From contig JBEQAF010000061.1 in the NCBI GenBank assembly GCA_041640455.1, positions 1-13,229 on the forward strand: DNA of 13,229 bases, read 5' to 3'. How positions within the stretch are numbered: position 1 is the stretch's first letter; each line of letters starts with the position of its first letter. Source of the stretch: a bacterium (GTDB taxonomy: Bacteria > CALINM01). The notes under the pieces are model-generated. The model made no database searches. It was given only the letters and a program-made list of their open reading frames with translations, and was not told where the DNA came from. Below are positions 8,360 through 13,229 of this stretch, piece by piece. The translations under genes were made by a program, and so were the position numbers.

Positions 8360-9769
8360 ATGACTGATTATTTAAGACTGAGAAAGGAGATACTTAAAGA
8401 AGAAAAGGGCGAAAAAGGAAGAAAAGGCATACTGAACGTAGCCCTTATTTATCCTGAGAATTACAACATAGCCATAAGCACGCTTGCCTTTCACAGAATT
8501 TTTGAATTAACTAACAGAGTAAGGCATACAGGGGTTGGTAGATTTTTCTTTGAAGGTAATAAGAAATCAAGAGCCATCTTTTCTCTGGATAATCAGTTTG
8601 ATATTAGAGAAGCACAGGTTTTAGCTTTTTTTTTATCCTATGAGCTTGATTTTATAAATCTTTTAAGGTCATTAAAAAGCCTTTCCATACCTCTTGAATC
8701 AAGGAAGAGAAGCGGATTCCCCATAATTATCGGTGGTGGAACAGCAGTTACTGAGAACCCTGAACCGCTGGCTGATGTGCTGGATATTATTTTTTTAGGA
8801 GAGGCAGAAGAGAGCTATCCTGCCTTTCTAAATCTTTGTCTTGAGTATCCTGATAAAAACACACTGCTAAAAAAAGTTAAAGATATAGAAGGCATATACA
8901 TTCCATCTATAGATAGCATTCCTTCCAAACGGATTTTTTACAAAAATTTTGAAAATGATTTTGCAAGAAGTGTTTTTTATACTACAAGGGCGGAGTTTGG
9001 CGAGTGCGAGCTTATTGAAATTTCGAGAGGCTGTCCAGCCTTTTGCAGGTTTTGCATATCCAGAACTCTTTACAGCCCCCCGAGATTTGCCTGTAAAGAG
9101 CTTGTAAAACATATAATTGAAGTCAGTTCTGTGAAAAAGGTTGGTTTTCTGGGGGCAGCCACATCCTTTCACCCCCATATAAAGGAGATGATGGATTTTG
9201 CCCTTCAGAGAGGAAAAAATTTCTCTATCTCATCTTTAAGAACAGATCTTGTGGACAGGGAGTTTCTTAGATTACTCAAAGCAGGGGGGACAAAAACAGT
9301 TACACTGGCGCCAGAAGCAGGTACCCAGCGGCTTAGAGATATTATAAATAAAGGGGTTAATGAAGGGCATATTGAAAAAGCAGTTTTTATGTCTCTTCAA
9401 GAAGGGATGGAAAATTTAAAGCTATACTTCATGTATGGTCTGCCAGAGGAGGAGATGGAAGATCTGGACGGGATAATAAAAATTGCCGAAAAAATCAGAA
9501 AGATTGAAAAAGACAGCAAGAGCTTCTTTAAAAAAAGAATCTTCACACTGAGCCCCTTTGTTCCCAAGCCTAACACACCTTTTTCAAAACAGAGCTTCAT
9601 GGAGATTAAAGAGCTGTCTAAGAGAATTAATTATCTGAGGAAAAATCTTATCAGATTTGGCATAGAAGTATCCTACGACCATCCAAAAACAGCAAGGCTT
9701 GAATGGGAGATTGCACATGGTAGCAGAGACTATTTCAGAAAGGAGCTTGAAGCCTCTCCAAACCCTTAA
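8360..9769 (+). CDS. Uncharacterised radical SAM protein with N-terminal B12-binding-like domain (resembles COG1032/TIGR03960-like proteins)
   Basis: CxxxCxxC motif EISRGCPAFCRFC (Cys codons 9032-9055). N-terminal VALIYP, SYELDF, IIGGG and NPEPLAD..FLGEAEE. Core motifs SSLRTD, TLAPEAGTQRLRDIINK, LKLYFMYGLPEE and PFVPKPNTPF. Subfamily assignment is from motif recall only. Confidence 0.88.
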   Translation: MTDYLRLRKEILKEEKGEKGRKGILNVALIYPENYNIAISTLAFHRIFELTNRVRHTGVGRFFFEGNKKSRAIFSLDNQFDIREAQVLAFFLSYELDFINLLRSLKSLSIPLESRKRSGFPIIIGGGTAVTENPEPLADVLDIIFLGEAEESYPAFLNLCLEYPDKNTLLKKVKDIEGIYIPSIDSIPSKRIFYKNFENDFARSVFYTTRAEFGECELIEISRGCPAFCRFCISRTLYSPPRFACKELVKHIIEVSSVKKVGFLGAATSFHPHIKEMMDFALQRGKNFSISSLRTDLVDREFLRLLKAGGTKTVTLAPEAGTQRLRDIINKGVNEGHIEKAVFMSLQEGMENLKLYFMYGLPEEEMEDLDGIIKIAEKIRKIEKDSKSFFKKRIFTLSPFVPKPNTPFSKQSFMEIKELSKRINYLRKNLIRFGIEVSYDHPKTARLEWEIAHGSRDYFRKELEASPNP

Positions 9770-9783
9770 TACCCTACTTGTAC

Positions 9784-9812
9784 TTGACTTTAAAGGTGCT
9801 TTAAATTATATT
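9784..9812 (+). promoter_or_regulatory. Putative sigma70-type promoter: -35 TTGACT (9784-9789), 17-nt spacer, -10 TATATT (9807-9812)
   Basis: Each hexamer matches consensus 5/6 with exact 17-nt spacing. It lies in the only sizeable intergenic gap, 30 nt upstream of the ATG at 9843, with a GGGGG Shine-Dalgarno-like tract at 9833-9837. Confidence 0.7.
9789..9805. repeat. Perfect inverted repeat TTTAAAG-gtg-CTTTAAA within the promoter spacer (possible operator)
   Basis: The 7-bp arms are exact reverse complements separated by 3 nt, read directly from the sequence. Operator function is inferred. Confidence 0.5.
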
Positions 9813-9842
9813 GAAAGCTTATAAAACTTATCGGGGGAACAG

Positions 9843-10490
9843 ATGGCAAAAAAGATAAAGATATCAAAAAAAGAGGCTCTCAAACAGCCTGACGAGTTTA
9901 TAACTACTACTGCTAAATTTTTAAAATATATCAAGGAAAATGAATCAAAGTTTATTGCTGCAATTATTGTTGTATCTTTACTGGTTCTGGGTGTTAGCTT
10001 TGGCGCATATTATTTGAAGAAGGTAAATGTGATGGGATTTGCTCAGCTTTCAAAGGCTCTTGACGAGACAGATCTGGCTAAAAAGAAAAATATTCTTGAA
10101 GATATTAAGAAAAGTAGATTTACTGATGCCAGATATTATTCATCATTTTTTCTGGCAAAGATATATAAGGACGAAGGCAATACGGAGAAGGCAAAGGTAG
10201 AGCTGAAAGATGCGGAAAAGATAAAAGATCCTTTTCTAAAAGGAAGCGCAAGAATTCTCATGGTAGATCTTATGATTAAAGAAAACAAACTGGATGAGGC
10301 TTTAAAATATGCAAAAGAGGCACCAACGGATATCCCCCAGTTTGTAAAGCAAGAGCTTAAGCTGAAAGAAGCCTTAATTCTTGAAAGGAAGAATAATCTT
10401 CCCGAAGCAATGAAAATATACAGTGAGATAGAGAAGAGCAATCCTGATTTTTATCTTATAAGGCTTGTTCAATCAAAATCTGCCATGTAG
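9843..10490 (+). CDS. Single-pass membrane protein with TPR-like helical domain (YfgM-like)
   Basis: Basic N-terminus with KQPDEF, one TM segment (FIAAIIVVSLLVLGVSFGAYYL), then helical repeats with TPR-like patterns (LAKIYKDEGNTEKAKVEL; KENKLDEALKY; ALILERKNNLPEAMKIYSEI). 215 aa, consistent with YfgM size and topology. Confidence 0.7.
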   Translation: MAKKIKISKKEALKQPDEFITTTAKFLKYIKENESKFIAAIIVVSLLVLGVSFGAYYLKKVNVMGFAQLSKALDETDLAKKKNILEDIKKSRFTDARYYSSFFLAKIYKDEGNTEKAKVELKDAEKIKDPFLKGSARILMVDLMIKENKLDEALKYAKEAPTDIPQFVKQELKLKEALILERKNNLPEAMKIYSEIEKSNPDFYLIRLVQSKSAM

Positions 10491-10498
10491 AGTGAGAT

Positions 10499-11806
10499 AT
10501 GAAAGTAAGATATTTTAACAAAAAATCAGAATGTCTTAGTAGAAAAGAAATTGAAAGGATTCAGCTCGAGCGACTTAAGTCTGTAGTTGAAAAGGTTTAT
10601 CATAAGGTGCCTCTTTATAAAGCCAAGTTTGATGAGGCAGGCATAAAACCAAAGGATATAAAAAAGCTCTCAGATCTGGCAAAACTTCCTTTCACCACAA
10701 AGGATGACCTGAGAAAAGCCTTCCCTTACGGTATGTTTGCAGAGCCTATGAAAAAGGTGGTAAGAGTTCACTCTTCTTCAGGGACAACTGGTATTCCTAC
10801 CGTGGTAGGTTATACAAAAAAAGATATTCACACATGGTCTGAGCTAACTGCCCGTGTGCTTACCGCAGGAGGGCTTACAAGCAGTGATATAGTTCAGATA
10901 TCCTTTGGATATAGCCTTTTTACAGGTGCTTTCGGTATGCACTATGGTGCAGAAAGAGTTGGCGCAACGGTTATCCCTATATCTACTGGAAATACCATGA
11001 GGCAGATACTGACCATGCGAGATTTTAAAACCACTGCATTGATCTGTACTCCCTCATACGCCCTACAGATTTACGATACCTCCAGAGAGATGGGGATTGA
11101 TTTTAAAAGTTTGAATGTAAGACTCGGATTTTTTGGAGCGGAGCCCTGGTCTGAAAGCATGAGAAAGGAGATTGAGGAGAAGATGGGAATACTGGCTACC
11201 GATAATTACGGTCTTTCAGAGGTTATCGGTCCAGGCTTTTCAGGAGAATGTATCTATAAAAATGGGCTTCACATATGGGAAGACCATTTTATTCCCGAGA
11301 TTGTGGATAAAAAGACTCTTCAGGTAATCGATCCTTCAAAGGAAGGGGAGCTTGTGGTTACTACCCTTACTAAAGAAGCATTGCCGCTTATAAGATATAG
11401 AACTAAAGACCTTACTACCCTTGACTATAGCAGATGTGATTGCGGAAGAACTCTTTGCAGGATGGAGAGAGTAAAAGGCAGAAGCGATGACATGCTGATT
11501 ATTAAAGGTGTCAATGTATTCCCCTCTCAGATAGAAGATGTAATATTCTCCATACCGGGCATACTCCATCAGTATCTACTTGTAGTGGATAGAAAGGGAA
11601 GGCTCGACAACCTTGAACTGCAGGTTGAGGTGGAGAGCGGATTTTTTAATAACAAGAAAAAAAGGGAAGAGCTTTTGAAGACTATAAGGGAGAAGATTCT
11701 TGCTGTTTTAGGGCTTTCGCCTGCCATCAGTTTATTGCCACCCGATTCGCTACCGCCGGTTGAAGGCAAGGCAAAGAGAGTTTTAGACAAAAGGCAAAAA
11801 GAATAA
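10499..11806 (+). CDS. paaK: Phenylacetate--CoA ligase family protein (PaaK-like adenylate-forming enzyme)
   Basis: LPFTTKDDLR..PYG, P-loop HSSSGTTG, TPSYAL, GAEPWS, DNYGLSEVIGPG, WEDHF, LPLIRYRTKD, GRSDDMLIIKGVNVFPSQIE and C-terminal EGKAKRVLDKR. The true substrate is not established. Confidence 0.9.
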   Translation: MKVRYFNKKSECLSRKEIERIQLERLKSVVEKVYHKVPLYKAKFDEAGIKPKDIKKLSDLAKLPFTTKDDLRKAFPYGMFAEPMKKVVRVHSSSGTTGIPTVVGYTKKDIHTWSELTARVLTAGGLTSSDIVQISFGYSLFTGAFGMHYGAERVGATVIPISTGNTMRQILTMRDFKTTALICTPSYALQIYDTSREMGIDFKSLNVRLGFFGAEPWSESMRKEIEEKMGILATDNYGLSEVIGPGFSGECIYKNGLHIWEDHFIPEIVDKKTLQVIDPSKEGELVVTTLTKEALPLIRYRTKDLTTLDYSRCDCGRTLCRMERVKGRSDDMLIIKGVNVFPSQIEDVIFSIPGILHQYLLVVDRKGRLDNLELQVEVESGFFNNKKKREELLKTIREKILAVLGLSPAISLLPPDSLPPVEGKAKRVLDKRQKE

Positions 11807-13229
11807 TGTCCTCTCACTTTCCTGTCAATATTGCCATTTTATGGCATATGCATCAGCCCATCTATTATGATCCTGAGTTGAAAAAGTTTAAGATGCCATG
11901 GGTCAGGCTTCATTGTACGAAAGACTATCTTGATATGCTTGAGATTCTTGATGGTTACAAAAAGGTTAAGCCTGTTTTTAATTTTGCACCTTCCCTGTTG
12001 AAGCAGATTGAGATGTATCTCGAAGGTGTACCAGAACTCCATCTTGAGCTTACACTAAAAGATCCGAGGGATCTCACGGTCTATGAAAGGTCAATAATTC
12101 TTAAAGACTTTTTTATGGCAAACTGGGAGCTTATGATCAAGCCATTCCCAAGATATTACGAACTACTTCAGAAAAGAGGCAAGGATATTACTGAAGAGAA
12201 GTATCCAGAAGTGCAGAGATATTTTACAAGACAGGACTATATGGATCTTCAGGTGCTTTTTAATCTTGCCTGGATTGATCCGCTCCACAGAAAAAGAGAC
12301 AGATTTCTTGCCGAAATGGAGAAGAAAGGCAAGGATTTTTTACAGGAAGAGAAAGAAGCGATTATAAAAAAACATTATGAGATAATGGGTAAAATTATAG
12401 GATCATACAGAGAGGCATATAAAAACAACAGGATCGAGATAAGTTTCTCTCCCTTCTATCATCCTATTCTTCCACTACTTATAAATAATAGAGAAGCAGT
12501 AGTTTCAGACCCAAATACAAAACTGCCAAAGCCTTTTTCACGAGTTGAAGACGCGAGAGAGCAGATAAGAAAGGCTAAGGATTACTGCAAGGCAAGTTTT
12601 GAAAAAGTCCCCGATGGAATGTGGCCATCTGAGGGCTCTATCAGTAATGATACCCTTAGACTGATGATAGAGGAGGGGATCAAATGGACTGCAACCGATG
12701 AAGCTGTGCTTTTCAACTCATTAAAGCTCAGAGAAAGATGGCTTTCTAATCTTACTCCCCAGATGCTATATAAATCCTATAAGTATTTTAACGGAGACAA
12801 ACCGATACATATATTTTTCAGAGACCACAGACTTTCAGACAATATTGGCTTTGTTTACAGCCGATATAATCCAAAAGATGCTGCCATGCATTTTGTCAAT
12901 GTGCTCAGGCAGATAAGAAAAAACATACCTCATGAAAATAATATTGTGCCCATCATCCTGGATGGAGAGAATGCATGGGAATTTTATAAAAATGATGGAT
13001 ATGATTTTTTAAAAGCCCTTTATGATGCCATTGAAGAGGCAGAAGATATAAATATGCTTACTTTCAGCGATTATATAGGCAGATTTGGGAATACAGAAAC
13101 CCTGTTTGACATCCATCCAGGTTCCTGGATAAACGGCAACTTTAAAATCTGGATAGGGCACCCTGAGGATAATCAGGCATGGGACTATCTTGCTGATGCA
13201 AGGGAGGCTATTGATAAAGATAAAGAGCA
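11806..13229 (+). CDS. Glycoside hydrolase family 57 (amylopullulanase/alpha-amylase-like), 3'-truncated by the window edge
   Basis: Manual translation from the ATG at 11806 (TAATG overlap with the previous stop) is open to the window end (474 complete codons). Motifs WHMHQP, PWVRLH..KDY, FNFAPSLL.QI, EISFSPFYHPILP, GMWPSEGS (nucleophile Glu 12631-12633), FRDHRLSDNIGF, ILDGENAWE (acid/base Asp 12961-12963) and GSWINGNFKIWIG. Confidence 0.93.
   Translation, partial: MSSHFPVNIAILWHMHQPIYYDPELKKFKMPWVRLHCTKDYLDMLEILDGYKKVKPVFNFAPSLLKQIEMYLEGVPELHLELTLKDPRDLTVYERSIILKDFFMANWELMIKPFPRYYELLQKRGKDITEEKYPEVQRYFTRQDYMDLQVLFNLAWIDPLHRKRDRFLAEMEKKGKDFLQEEKEAIIKKHYEIMGKIIGSYREAYKNNRIEISFSPFYHPILPLLINNREAVVSDPNTKLPKPFSRVEDAREQIRKAKDYCKASFEKVPDGMWPSEGSISNDTLRLMIEEGIKWTATDEAVLFNSLKLRERWLSNLTPQMLYKSYKYFNGDKPIHIFFRDHRLSDNIGFVYSRYNPKDAAMHFVNVLRQIRKNIPHENNIVPIILDGENAWEFYKNDGYDFLKALYDAIEEAEDINMLTFSDYIGRFGNTETLFDIHPGSWINGNFKIWIGHPEDNQAWDYLADAREAIDKDKE

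Noticed and set aside
9740..9812. Intrinsic terminator after the radical SAM gene
   Set aside because: Only weak AT-rich or imperfect hairpins are present, with no GC-rich stem plus U-tract. The palindrome fits better as a promoter-embedded element.
475..12042. Short alternative-frame and minus-strand ORFs in the track (e.g. 475-717, 1120-1371, 6031-6405, 6409-6801, 8867-9178, 10136-10441, 11839-12042)
   Set aside because: All overlap well-supported conserved genes, show no recognisable motifs, and have the composition expected of shadow ORFs.
1..13229. CRISPR arrays, tRNA/rRNA/riboswitches, IS elements, inteins or introns, frameshifts
   Set aside because: The window is almost fully tiled by intact genes of normal length, and the longest gap is 73 nt. 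No spaced repeats, transposase motifs or large in-frame insertions were seen by eye.

Overview
AT-rich bacterial chromosomal segment with every supported gene on the + strand and almost no intergenic DNA. Bases 1-8353 are the distal half of a division/cell-wall (dcw) cluster: ftsW (5'-truncated by the window edge), murG, murC, murB, ddl, ftsQ, ftsA, ftsZ. An uncharacterised B12-binding-like/radical SAM gene follows 6 nt after ftsZ (no lpxC). The gene order and protein N-termini look deltaproteobacterial (Desulfobacterota-like), which is an inference. The only real intergenic gap (9770-9842) holds a near-consensus sigma70 promoter with a perfect 7-3-7 palindrome in its spacer. This precedes a second tightly packed unit: a YfgM-like membrane TPR protein, a phenylacetate-CoA ligase family protein, and a GH57 glycoside hydrolase that is missing from the ORF track because it runs off the window. 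No RNA genes, mobile elements or CRISPR arrays were seen. This is mostly housekeeping DNA. The best leads are the ftsZ-linked radical SAM enzyme, a QPSE-to-QPSF change in FtsW, and the palindromic promoter with its mixed-function operon.
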